A stretch of DNA of 64,000 nucleotides from the NCBI RefSeq assembly GCF_009914755.1, contig NC_060935.1; one strand, given 5' to 3'. Positions 39,101 to 53,530 of the stretch are shown one piece after another (the stretch's first letter is position 1; each line of letters starts with the position of its first letter). The notes beneath the pieces are model-generated. The model did no database searches, had not been told where the DNA came from, and saw only the letters and a program-made list of their open reading frames with translations. The position numbers and the translations under genes are program-made. The DNA comes from the human T2T-CHM13v2.0 reference genome, Homo sapiens.

Positions 39101-40925
39101 CACTTGTTCCATGTGACATTATCTCTACTCTTCATATTAGTCTAGAGAGAATGTGCATATATTTGTGATATACAGATATGGAAGCTGAGAATTAGGTTAA
39201 ATAAATTGCTCAAGGTCATATACAGAATGAATAGCAGAGCCAACATTCCAAGCTAGTCCACCTGGTTCTAAAGCTTTGCTCTTCCCTCTAGACCAGCTGC
39301 CAGTGCAAACATTCTATGATTCTAAGATTCTTTTGTTCTCTAAACTACAACTAGATCTGTCTCAATGTTTAAGGAACAGAATAACTGTTAATTCTATTTA
39401 CTGTCTGAGTGCATATCTGGCTAAACAGATTAGTAAATGATGGATTAGATGTCAGTCAATGAATGGCTAGACAACAGGGAATGAATGGCTATAGAAGTTA
39501 GACATGGAGTCCAACAAACTTGGTTTGCCATTTACTAACCATGTGACCTTGGGCAACCCACTTGACTTCTCTAAGTCTCAGTCTACCTCATAGGTATATT
39601 GTGAGGATTAAATGAAAGAATGCACTGCCTAACACGTGGCAACCCCTCAATAGAGTATTACTATTCTTTTATTAACCGGGCCAGGCTAGGTTTGCTATTG
39701 CGATGTCAGAGCTCCCAATATTGTAACCCATTTAATTTGCTCTATAGCAAGTAGAAGAACATTATATTTATTTATTTATTTCTGAATCAAATCAAACTTT
39801 TATCTGTCTAATTCAAATCCAATTAAATTTAGCTTCACCCCCACCTGCCAGGTTTGTGGAACATCTAATTTCAGAGACTTTGTGGGGATGCAAAAACCCC
39901 AGGGCTTACCCAATCCAGAAAACCTGGGGGACCATCTCAGTCCATTGCAGTTGTGGTGAAGGTGCTCATTGTCCAAGCAGGTGTGGAGCAGCCAGAGGTA
40001 TCTGGCCCACTTGCGTAAGATATTTACTGCTTCCATTGTAAACCTGGCCACCCAGAACTCCTGTATGGTCCCAAAGCTATGGTTTGGTAACTATCCCCCA
40101 GGTGTCTTTGTAGTCATCACTGCCAGAGATACTATGAGGGCAATGGGGGAGAGTTCACGGGCTGACTTCCACCACCCCTCCATCCTCCTGGTCTTGTAGA
40201 ATCCAGCTCTTGTCCCTTTAATCCTCAGAGTTTTCCCTCTCACAGACAATCTAACTCTGACCCTTGAGAAATTTATAGAGACCTCCCAATATTTTCCTCC
40301 TGAGGTAAGGGAAGTCCCCCAACCTACAAAGGACTGTCCTTCCAAATAGGGTACAGAAGAAAATTTCCTTTAAGTCTTTAAATAAATCCATGGTAGAAAT
40401 AATTCATTAATTCACTCAATTATACAATGTTCTCAAACTTTTTCATCTTCTGAGAAGGCTCTCATATCCCCTTTCTCCCTTGGCTACTATATTTTGCATC
40501 TAAGTCTGTGTGTCTTATCTTTATTACAAATTGGTGGGTGGGGGGATGGGGGGTAGAGAAAGTGGCAGAACTAGACAATATGTTGCTGATTCTCTCCATT
40601 CCTAGGTGAGGATGGTCACAACCAATTATTTGGATTTCACATTTCACATCTTCAGAGTCCCTTGAAACAATGAGAACAGTGGGTATTAAAAACAGGCTCT
40701 GGAAGCCTTGATTTATGGGAATAGGCTCATATGTAATGGCACGGGGGCTTGGTGCTGGGGTATTGGAACAGGCCAGGACACTGGTGTCTCCAGAATAGGT
40801 AAAAGAGAAGGAAGCATGGCCAACAATGTTCCCCCACTGTGTAGACAATTACACTGGATGTCTGCCAGATGAAGGGCAAAATTCTGTGCTCTAAAAAGTA
40901 GCAGCAGAGCTGTAAACCTGTAGTG

Positions 40926-40944
40926 TTGGGCCCTCTAGTGGCTA
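40926..40944 (-). promoter_or_regulatory. Candidate CTCF site
   Basis: TAGCCACTAGAGGGCCCAA closely matches the CTCF core motif. Confidence 0.5.
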
Positions 40945-41124
40945 GTTCTTCTTTTTCAATGAATATAGCTGGCTGTTTCCTACACTGCTGGTCTCTCACT
41001 GCCTTGCCATCTTTTTGGTTTGCTGGAACCACTAACTGCCTCATCTACATTCTATCATCCCATTGCTCAATTATCACTGGTACTGACTTTGGAATGGACT
41101 CCATGTTAGGGCACAGTTCTTGAG

Positions 41125-41460
41125 GAAGGGATGGATTCTCTTGGAAACAGACTGAAATGGAGAATCGCATGCAGAAGGTTGTTGGGGGAAGTACTCTTGG
41201 GAAATAGGAAGTGAGAAAGCAGGGGTGGGCGGAGGAAGAAGCTAATTCACAATGTGGTTGCCACTGAAGCCTCAGCTGATCCTATGGGGAATTCTGGAGC
41301 CAAGATGGCCTCTCAGAGTTGCCCCAAATCAGTGATGGAATCAGACCTTTGGATCCCTGTATCAGCTCCTCATTGGTTGTGAGCCGCTCCAAGAAGGAGC
41401 TGTAACCTTGGTGAGACAGCTCCCTGTGTCCCAGGGCAACAGGCAGTGAGGAATTCAGTT
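41125..41460 (-). mobile_element. ERVL LTR fragment (LTR16/LTR33 class)
   Basis: gcctcagctgatcctatggggaattctggagc..gatggcctctcagagttgcccc pattern. Confidence 0.6.
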
Positions 41461-42673
41461 GTTCATCAAATATTAATTTTTCTTTCCTGTTCATGAATTT
41501 CTGACTTTCTTGTTCCCAGGAGCTCATTCTCCATCACAGTTCAACCACTTCCACAGATGGTTCTCTCATTTCATCCAGGGAAATAATGTTCTTGGTTTCT
41601 TAGCAGCACCTGAAAGAAGATTCTTTTTCCATACAAGTTTGGCTGAAAGCCTTGCTTTGTCTATTTCTTCTATGCCTAAACCGAAATCTTGGATATTATT
41701 CTAATGAGAGGAGAGACCAGACTCACCTGTGCTAGAAAAAAAAAAAAAAAAAAAAGAGCACAAGTCACACTCCCAGGATAGGCTAAGTTATACTCTCAAA
41801 AGGCTCCCGTCTTCACCCCCTCCCTCCAAAACATGATCTAATCAGAATAACAGCACTTCTTCCTTCCCAGCAGGTTTATAAATGTTTTTATCTTGACTAA
41901 TCCTGCGGGGGAGAATTAGGAGGGTGGGGTGAAGACAGACTGTGGGGGAGCGTGAGGAGGGTGGGGTAAAGATTTCTGGGGCTGTCTACCAGAAATCATT
42001 CTCTCCTTATTCCATAGTGATAGATGTTTGGCTGGGACTTGACTACTCAGACAGGCACCTCATGTGCCAGCTCCCCTTGCAGCCAGTTTGTGGCCACGTT
42101 TTTTAAGCCGTCGTCAATGGAGCTGAGCAGAAGAGATGTACGCAGCTTTTGCCTTGCTTTCTTGAGAGTAAGTCCCTGGCCCTGGAATTCTATTCTGTTT
42201 CTTTCCTCACCAACCAGAAAATGCTTTGACAATGAGCGACCTTGGAAGCTACATGTTGAAGATGGCAGTTGCCATCCTCAGTCTCTGAATGTTTGAGTAG
42301 AGCGAAGCCATCCACCTACTTTGAACACTGAGCTTGGATCATACTATATTGGACCTTCATTTTTTATTTTAATTAATTAATTAATTTATTTTTTGAGAGC
42401 TGGAGTGCAGTGGTGTTATCACAGCTCACTGCAGCCACTTGACTTTCCAGGCTCAGGTTGATCCACCCACCTCAGCCTCCTGAGTAGCTGGGAGTACAGT
42501 CACACACCACCATGCCTGGCTTTTTTAAAAATTATTTTTAGTAGAGATGGGATTTTACCATGTTGCCCATGCTGGTCTTGAATTCCTGGGCTGGGATCCT
42601 CCTGTGATCCTCCTGCCTTGGCCTCCCAAAGTGCTGGGATTACAAGTGTGAGCCACCACACCCAGCCTACATT

Positions 42674-42714
<41 letters not shown>

Positions 42715-42715
42715 A

Positions 42716-42820
<105 letters not shown>

Positions 42821-42980
42821 TGAGTAGCTGGGATTACAGGTGCCCACCACCATGCCTGGCTAATTTTTGTATTTTTAGTAGAGATGAGGTTTCGCCATGT
42901 TGGCCAGGCTGATCTCGAACTCCTGACCTCAGGTGACCCACCCGCCTCAGCCCCCCAAAGTGCTAGGATTACAGGAGTGA

Positions 42981-43460
<480 letters not shown>

Positions 43461-43616
43461 TGATGCTTAATGATACTGTTTCCTACTTAGTTCTATTTGG
43501 TATTGTCTTATTTTTGTTCATTATTTGGTGTGTGCTTCTTGTCTCTTAAACTAGAAGGAGCTCCCAAGATGTGACACTCTGCTTCTACTTTCGTTTCCCC
43601 AACAGCACAGCTATCA

Positions 43617-44562
<946 letters not shown>

Positions 44563-45124
44563 GGCCACTGGTGTCAGTACTCTGCCATCCTTTTCCCAAA
44601 TCACTTTCTCATTCATCTCTGGAGACTGTTCAGATCCATGCTCTGGGCTGTGCGTACCATGGGACCTAAATTGGGCTGAAAGTACATGAAGGTGCTAGGT
44701 CAAAAACAACTGGGCTCTGTGGAAGTACTTGTAAGGAATACCTACTTACTACATAGGGTTGTTATGAGGGTTTTAAAAGCTAAATGAATTCAAGTGTGTA
44801 AAACGCTGAGACCAATGCCTGGCATGGAGTAAATGCTCTTAAGTATTAGTGCAGGGATTTCTGGGATGTTTTTGTTTACTTATGTATTCCAAGTGTGCCT
44901 AGGTGAATGCGTGGCACATAGTAGGCACTCAACAATACCTGTTGAATCCATGATTGGTTTTGCTTTGAGGGCTTAAGGCGATGTGCCGAGATTTGGCCAG
45001 CAGAGGGCAGAACCTGGGAAGACAAAGCTCCTACAGGCTTTGACCTACAAGAGGTGGCAGGACAGGCTCCCAGACGACTGGGTTGGAGGGAGGGCTGCGT
45101 GAAGTGCCTATACCATAGGATATG

Positions 45125-45523
<399 letters not shown>

Positions 45524-46272
45524 TAGGATATTAGAATGTTTAAATTTTACTCCCTTCAAATCCTAGATTTTTATTTAGTCCAACCTGGGTGTGTGTAAGG
45601 AAACATACCAAGTTCTTAGTTTGTGAATTCAGACAGATCCGTTGTTCCAGGCCCCGAGATCCCTGGAGTTGCCCTGGTGTCTGCAGCTCCTTCTTTAAAC
45701 TTTGAGCTACCCCATACACCTCAGAAATTCCCTTTTGTACTTATGCTAATATACATCAGGTGCCTGTAACTCACAACCAAAATAATTTGTATTATTTTAT
45801 GATTATGCCCATGGAGTGTGAGGACTGTGTGAAGGGGAGCCTTCTCCACTGGGGACACTGAAGTCATGGAGTAGCCCCAGGAGGCCTGCTTCCTGCTGTC
45901 TCCCCAGCCTACCTGCCCTCTCCAGGAGGGAGCTCCCCAACATCTGCCTCCAAGCTTCCCTGATCTTGATCCCTTCATTCACTCTGCCCATTTAGCTCTG
46001 TCCTAGCTTTCAAAGCCCAGTTCAAGTTCTACCTCTCTCAAGTTCTACCATGGGACCTAAACTGGGCTGAAGGTACATGAAGGTGCTACAGCAGAAACAC
46101 CTCTGTGGAAATACTTGTAAGGAATACCTACTTACTACATAGGGTTGTTATGAGGGTTTTAAAAGCTAAATGAATTCAAGTGTCTGACTCCTCCTAGTCA
46201 ATTTCATTTCTCAAAATCCTTATGGCATTCATCACCTAACCATTCATTCTTACACCCAATTGCGTTCCATAT

Positions 46273-46549
46273 TTTATTTGGAAGTTTGGGCTGGGTGGTG
46301 TCTAAAGTCCTATCCACGTAAATTTCTGAATCTGTTGTCTTCCCATATGTCACATCTCCTTAAGGAAGTCTCCACCTTCTCCCTCAAGAAGAGATGAGGA
46401 AGGGCTTGAGCAACAGGGCTCAGCACAGGTTTGCAGAGCATCAACATAACTGCATATGGCAGCAAATGTGTTCCATGATCCTCCATTCAAGAACCCAAAG
46501 GCTTTTATTTTTATTTTTTCAAAATAGAAGTACCTTTTTTCCTTTTATT
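46273..46549 (-). terminator. Candidate KCNE3 polyadenylation signals (AATAAA at 46544-46549, 46510-46515, 46504-46509, 46273-46278)
   Basis: tttatt hexamers on the plus strand downstream of the CDS; the distal one is the likely main site by recall of the mRNA end. Confidence 0.6.
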
Positions 46550-47117
46550 ATACAAGTAACATACTTACGGTCAAGTCAGTCAAATATTACATAAATTTAT
46601 CATGCGGAAAGGGAAAATCACCTATAACCCAATTCCTCAGAGATAACTGCTGTCAGAATATTATTTCAGAGTTCTGCTATACACAAATACGCATGTTTCA
46701 ATGGGTACTTCCAGGGACCGCATGGAGATCCCTTAAGTTGAAACTGGACAAACAGAACAGTGGATGGTTCTAGCTGAGATCTGGGATAGTTTCTGAATTC
46801 AGAAGTGTTCACCAGCCACATTGCATGTATTAGCTGGAACCATATATGAAACTACGATACTCAGCTGTTTCTAACCTACAAACACAGTGATTACATATGG
46901 CTCAACTTAATGTATATGAAGCCTAGAATGTCAGAACTGATAGAGCCTTAGAGACTTTCAAGTCTATTTCATTATGTTGAAGAGGAAAACGGATGAGGGA
47001 GAGAAGTGTCCAGCCTAAGATCATACATCACCTTAAGTGGTAGAATCAGGGCTGCTTCTCTTCCTACTGGACCATGTACCTGTCTCTCATACTCTGCTTC
47101 TTTTAATATAATAATAA

Positions 47118-47790
<673 letters not shown>

Positions 47791-48683
47791 AAGTTTCTCA
47801 CATCACTCAGTCAAAACTGAAAAGACTGCTTGCTTTGGAGGTAGTTTAGTCCTGTTGCCTGGCAATGTGGCTGGGAAGTGCCCTGTGACTTGGTTCAAGA
47901 AGCATATGAACCATAGAGCTAACGAGGCCTAACATTCAGGGTCCTGACTCACATGAGCTCCTTCTTAAGGTCCTAGCAGGGGCCCTAGCAACATATTAAT
48001 GTGGCAGTATATTTTCATAATGTTTGCAAAAGTAAGATATTTTAGAATTCTTTTTCTTAAAGAGAGTCCCCAGAATTGTATGACCTTCAGGCCTGGATCC
48101 ACTCCTGTGTAGCACAGAGTTTTGAAAAGCACTAGGCAAGGAGACCAGAGTTCCTGGGTTCCAATCATGGCACTATGCAGGCCCAAATGGGCAGCACAGC
48201 ACTTGCCCTGCTTTCTTCACGGGAGCGGGGGCAGGGTGGTGGTGGTAAATCATATCTGTGATATGGGATAGTCATCACTGCTTCTCATGGCTGAAGATAA
48301 CACATAAAAAATGTGTCCCCAGAGCATCTTCCTGTCTCATTTCCCTCTGCTACAACTTCTTCTCCGTTCTCCAATCCCCAGGCCCCTAATACTCCAGCCA
48401 CTGAACCAGTTATTGGTCATTATCTGTTGCTACTTTTATATGTTTGTTCATGGGCTCCCACTGTTTATAAAGTCTATCTTTTCCTGGGAAAAAATCCTTA
48501 TGCACAAGGCTTCGGTCTACCAGCCCCTCTTCTCCCACCCCAGTGACGACCTCCCTTAACCGTGTTTCTTGTTGATCTTACAGATAGGGACACTGAGACC
48601 TGATGCAGTCCACAGCAGAGTTCTGGAGGCCCCAGACGCAATCCCCAGGTGTCTTGGTCTTCCACCGTCCCAGCCCTCTCGTG

Positions 48684-48995
48684 TTAGATCATAGACACAC
48701 GGTTCTTGATATACACATGATAGGGGTCACTACGCTTGTCCACTTTGCGGGAGCGGGTGTATCCCAGGATGAGGCTGCCCACAGTTACAGCAAATAGAAA
48801 CATGACAAAGAGAATGTACATGTAGGAGTTGTCATCACGGCCAGGTAGGCTGGCCCGCCTCTCTTCAGTCTGGTTGTCTGGCCCCAGCCCTGGCCCTGGC
48901 CGGCAGAGCAAATTGCTGTGAAGAGTGGCATTTAGAGCCTTCAGCACGGCATGCAGGCTCTCATACCAGGTCTCCGTTCCATTGGTAGTCTCCAT
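48684..48995 (-). CDS. KCNE3: Potassium voltage-gated channel subfamily E regulatory subunit 3 (MiRP2), 103 aa
   Basis: ORF METTNGTETWYESLHAVLK...YMYILFVMFLFAVTVGSLILGYTRSRKVDKRSDPYHVYIKNRVSMI matches recalled human KCNE3. It has one TM helix (~58-78), N-glycosylation sequons at N5/N22/N41, the KCNE motif DPYHVYI and a good Kozak context (GCTATGG). Confidence 0.99.
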   Translation of the reverse strand: METTNGTETWYESLHAVLKALNATLHSNLLCRPGPGLGPDNQTEERRASLPGRDDNSYMYILFVMFLFAVTVGSLILGYTRSRKVDKRSDPYHVYIKNRVSMI

Positions 48996-49132
48996 AGCAA
49001 CAGGGATTGAGGTGGGGGAAGACTCGGTAGAAGCTCTGGTGGCAAAAGAAAAGAGAGAGGGGATGGCTCTGTCACCTGCAGCTCAAATGACCTCCTCCCT
49101 TCAGATCCCAGGTAAAATCTTAGCATCATGGC

Positions 49133-49495
49133 TGATATGGTTTGGCTGTGTCCCCACCCAAATCTCATCTGGAATCATAGCTCCCATAATCCCCATGTGT
49201 CATGGGAGGGACCCAGTAGGAGGTAACTGAATCATGGGGGTGGGTTTTTCCCATGCTGTTCTCATGATAGTGAATAAGTCTCACGAGATCTGATGGTTTA
49301 GAAAGGGCAGTTCCCCTGCACCTGCTCTCTTGCCTGCCACTGTTTAAGATGTGCCTTTGCTCCTCCTTCGCCTTCTGCCGTGATTGTGAGGCCTACCCAG
49401 CCGTGTGGAACTGTGAGTCCATTAAACTTCTTTTTCTTTATAAACTACCCAGGCTCAGGTATTTCTTCATGGCAGTATGAAAATGGACTAATACA
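49133..49495 (+). mobile_element. THE1 solo LTR in KCNE3 intron 2, antisense to the gene
   Basis: Termini tgatatggtttggctgtgtccccacccaaatctc...aaaatggactaataca; TSD atggc/atagc. Confidence 0.93.
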
Positions 49496-49898
49496 ATAGC
49501 TTATTCTAGCTGCTTGATTACATGTTTGTCTTCTCCATTAGACCATACACTAAACAATAAGGGCAGGGCCTATATTTGTTTTACTCACTGCTATATGCAA
49601 TCACTTATGACAGCATTCAATAAGTAAGTACTCAATAAATAATTGTACAACAAAGCCTTCCCTGACCATCAGAACCCATATTAATCTCTCCTTTCTTTGG
49701 ATTCTATAAATCACTGAACTTTAGATTAGAAGGAACTTAAGGATTATTTAATATAACTCTTGCCATTTTATACACAGGGAAACTGAGGCCTTGAGAGAAT
49801 AAGTGGCTTGTCCATGATCACAGAATATTGGAAGTAGAGCCAAGACAGAAAGCCCTGCTCTTTGTGGCTAGCTTAGAGCTGCTTCCACTTCCATGCTA

Positions 49899-50357
<459 letters not shown>

Positions 50358-50680
50358 TCATTTGCCCTCTCAAGCATCCTGTGTCCCAAAGACTAGATAT
50401 TCCTAGCTATTTGTAGAAATTCTGTTGGAAAGAGGTGGTCAGGGAAACGGGAACAGGTTGGTAACCACTGCAGGCACTGGAGAAGAGAACAGCAGCTTGG
50501 GCCTGAGGGCGGGAGAGTGAAAGGAGTTCTCAGTCTGGCTTGGGGTTTACCTGCCCACAAAAAGAAGACACAAGCACGCCAACTATCTTGTCTCCTGAAA
50601 TAAAGTCATTATGTACCTGGCATATAGTAAGTGATTATAAATGTTCCTTTCCCTTCTTCTCAGAGATCCTTAGTCTATAA

Positions 50681-50875
<195 letters not shown>

Positions 50876-53381
50876 TAGTAGAGACGGGGTTTCACCATGT
50901 TAGCCAGGATGGTCTCGATCTCCTGACTTTGTGATTCGCCCACCTCGGCCTCCCAAAGTGCTGGGATTACAGGCGCCCAGCCAGAAAGAACATCTTAAAA
51001 CAGACTTGCATCCTTGTCTCTGAAAAACCATATGTAATTCCCTATAAACAAGGCCCCACACTCACTTCCTTTAGGAAGCCTCCATTCAGTGCTCCCCACC
51101 TCTCAGCCACACTACACTGCCTTTATCATCACAGCCTTCCCTTCCCCCCAGCACTTACATATAAGGCAATATGTGGCTGTCCTCTTGTTTTTGATAAGGA
51201 TATCATCAGACCACATGCATCTGGTCAGCAGGGCTATGTCTCTTACCCCAGTCTGGAGGACTACCCTGAGACTGGGTGTTCTCCTTTCCCAGGGCACTAC
51301 CTTGAGACTGGCTGGGTATTCCCTTTTTCTAGATTGGCTGGGTGCTCTCCTTCTCTCAATAGTTTCTAGTAGAGATGTTCACTTTAAGGAATTCTCTATG
51401 GGCCAAGCATTCAGTCCTCCATCATATGGGTAGAACTGTTAACAAACTAATATGTGACTATTAACCATAAGATCTCTTCCCTGGAAAAGATGATCATTCT
51501 GACTATGAAAAATATTCATCAATGGCTCTATGAACACAATCAGCCAGGACTGGGCAGCATTTCATGCAAGGCCTTTGGGGCCTTCTGACATCTAGTACTT
51601 GTGCTGCCTTGTCTGGATGGAGGAGGGGAAAAGAACAAGAGCTCACTGAGTTAAGATCCAGGAGATACACGTTCTCATCTACTACCCCATGTGTCAGGCA
51701 AGAACTCTGTGGCTGCTGCTTCCCTCGTGTGGGCCAATAGCAAGTAGGAGCAGCATGATGAAATAAATAACTCAAAAAATAATCTAGATAGTTATCACCA
51801 ATATGGGCCACACCCTGTGATGGGAGTTCGGGGTGGCTCAGATCCAGTGCCTTCGCCCAGGGGCTCTGATACAATGCAGGGGACAAGCAAAGAGCTACTA
51901 AGGCTGAAAGGAATAAGTGATGGATACTGATCAGGGCTCAGAGAGTGTCCACAGTGATGGAGGCATTTGAGTTGGACCTTGAAGGGTTTTTAAGAGGCAG
52001 AAAAGATGAAGGAAACATGAGCAAAGGCAGAACAAGAAAGTGTGTAAATGTTTAGAAGAATGGAAAGTAGCATAAAGAGGTTGGAGTGTAAGATGTGTGG
52101 AAGAATAGTGTAGGATGTGGGGCAGGAGAGAGAGGATCCAGATCATGGGGGGCCTTGAGTGCCACGCTGTAGAGTTGGAACTTTATTCTGTAGCTAGGGA
52201 AAAGCCATGGAATGGTATCTTAAAAGAAGATAAAATGGTCAGATCTGTGCCTGGAAAGGATACTCTGGCTGTCATGTGGACTGGAGGGAGCTGGAATTGA
52301 GGCAGTGAGCCCAGCTACCAGAGTCTTGAAATAGTTTAGTGTAAGATGCTGAGTCATGAATTGGGGCAGAGAGGATAAAAAAGTAGGGAAGTGGGGGTAG
52401 AGACAGTCGTAAGACCTGAGGAGGAAATGGCTAAGTGAGGGTTGAAGGAGGAAGGGGCCTCAGGCAATTTCATAGGTAGACAACAAACAAACAGTGTAAG
52501 TGTCTTGATGAGCCTACTCTGAAGGAAATAAGTTCCTTTCCCTGGGTGGGCTTTGGTTTCCTCATCTACCAAAAGACATTATCATGGAGTTGTTGTATGG
52601 TAGGTATAGAGTTTCAATTTTACAAGATGAGGAGATTCTGGGGATCTGCTGCACAACAAGGTGAATCTAGTTAACACTACTGAGTGTACACTCAAGAATG
52701 ACTAAGATGGTATATTTTTATGTTTTGTGTGTGTGTGTGTGTGTGTGTGTGTTTTAAGCACAATTTTAAAAAATAGGCCAGCTGTGGTGCCTCACTCCTT
52801 TAATCCCGGTACTTTGGGAGGCTGAGGCCAGTGGGTCACCTGAGGTCAGGAGTTCGAGACCAGCCTGGCCAACGTGGAGAAACCCCGTCTCTACTAAAAA
52901 TACAAAAATTAGCCGGGTACACGCCTGTATTCCCAGCTGCTCAGGAGGCTGAGGCAGGAGAACCGCTTGAACTCAGGAGGTGGAAGTTGCAGTGAGCCGA
53001 GATCACACCACTGCACTCCAGCCTGGGCAGGAAAGCAAGACCTCTGTCTCAAAAAACAAACAAACAAACAAACAAAAAACCCCACAAAGAAAGATGATCA
53101 TCCTTTCCCTCCTCCTTCAAGGCTTGCTATGAGCATATACTTGTATTATGTAGAAGAGGATTAAAAACTTTTTTTTTATTTTCAAGAAGCAAATATGTAC
53201 ACATAGGTTTAAAAAAAAAAAAAAAGAATGGACGCAGCACATACAGTGAAGGTGAAAGCTCCTAGTCGTCCCAAGCTCCATCCCAGGGCAGGGCAGTTAC
53301 CATTCAGTTTTCTTAGGTATCATTGGAAAGGGGTTTTAACTGACAGGGAGAGGGAGGGAAATCTCAATCTGGAAGACTCAC

Positions 53382-53530
53382 CAGACTGCTGGCAAATCCA
53401 CTGGCTCTCAGTCAGTTTCAGGAGTCCCTTTGTGGACACACTAAGGCTCCTCCACCCCCGAGCCTCTTCAGGATGTCTCTGGACACATCTGGGATCTCAG
53501 TATTGACTTCGGAGCTGGGAAAGCCCAGAG
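53382..53530 (-). other. KCNE3: KCNE3 exon 2 (149-nt 5'UTR exon)
   Basis: Acceptor with polypyrimidine tract TTTCTAG|CTCTGGG at 53531/53530 and donor CAGTCTG|GTGAGT at 53382/53381. Confidence 0.88.

Noticed and set aside
48925-49230. ORFs overlapping the KCNE3 start and a genomic upstream extension
   Set aside because: They cross the splice acceptor into intron/THE1 sequence, are out of frame or antisense, and have no support.
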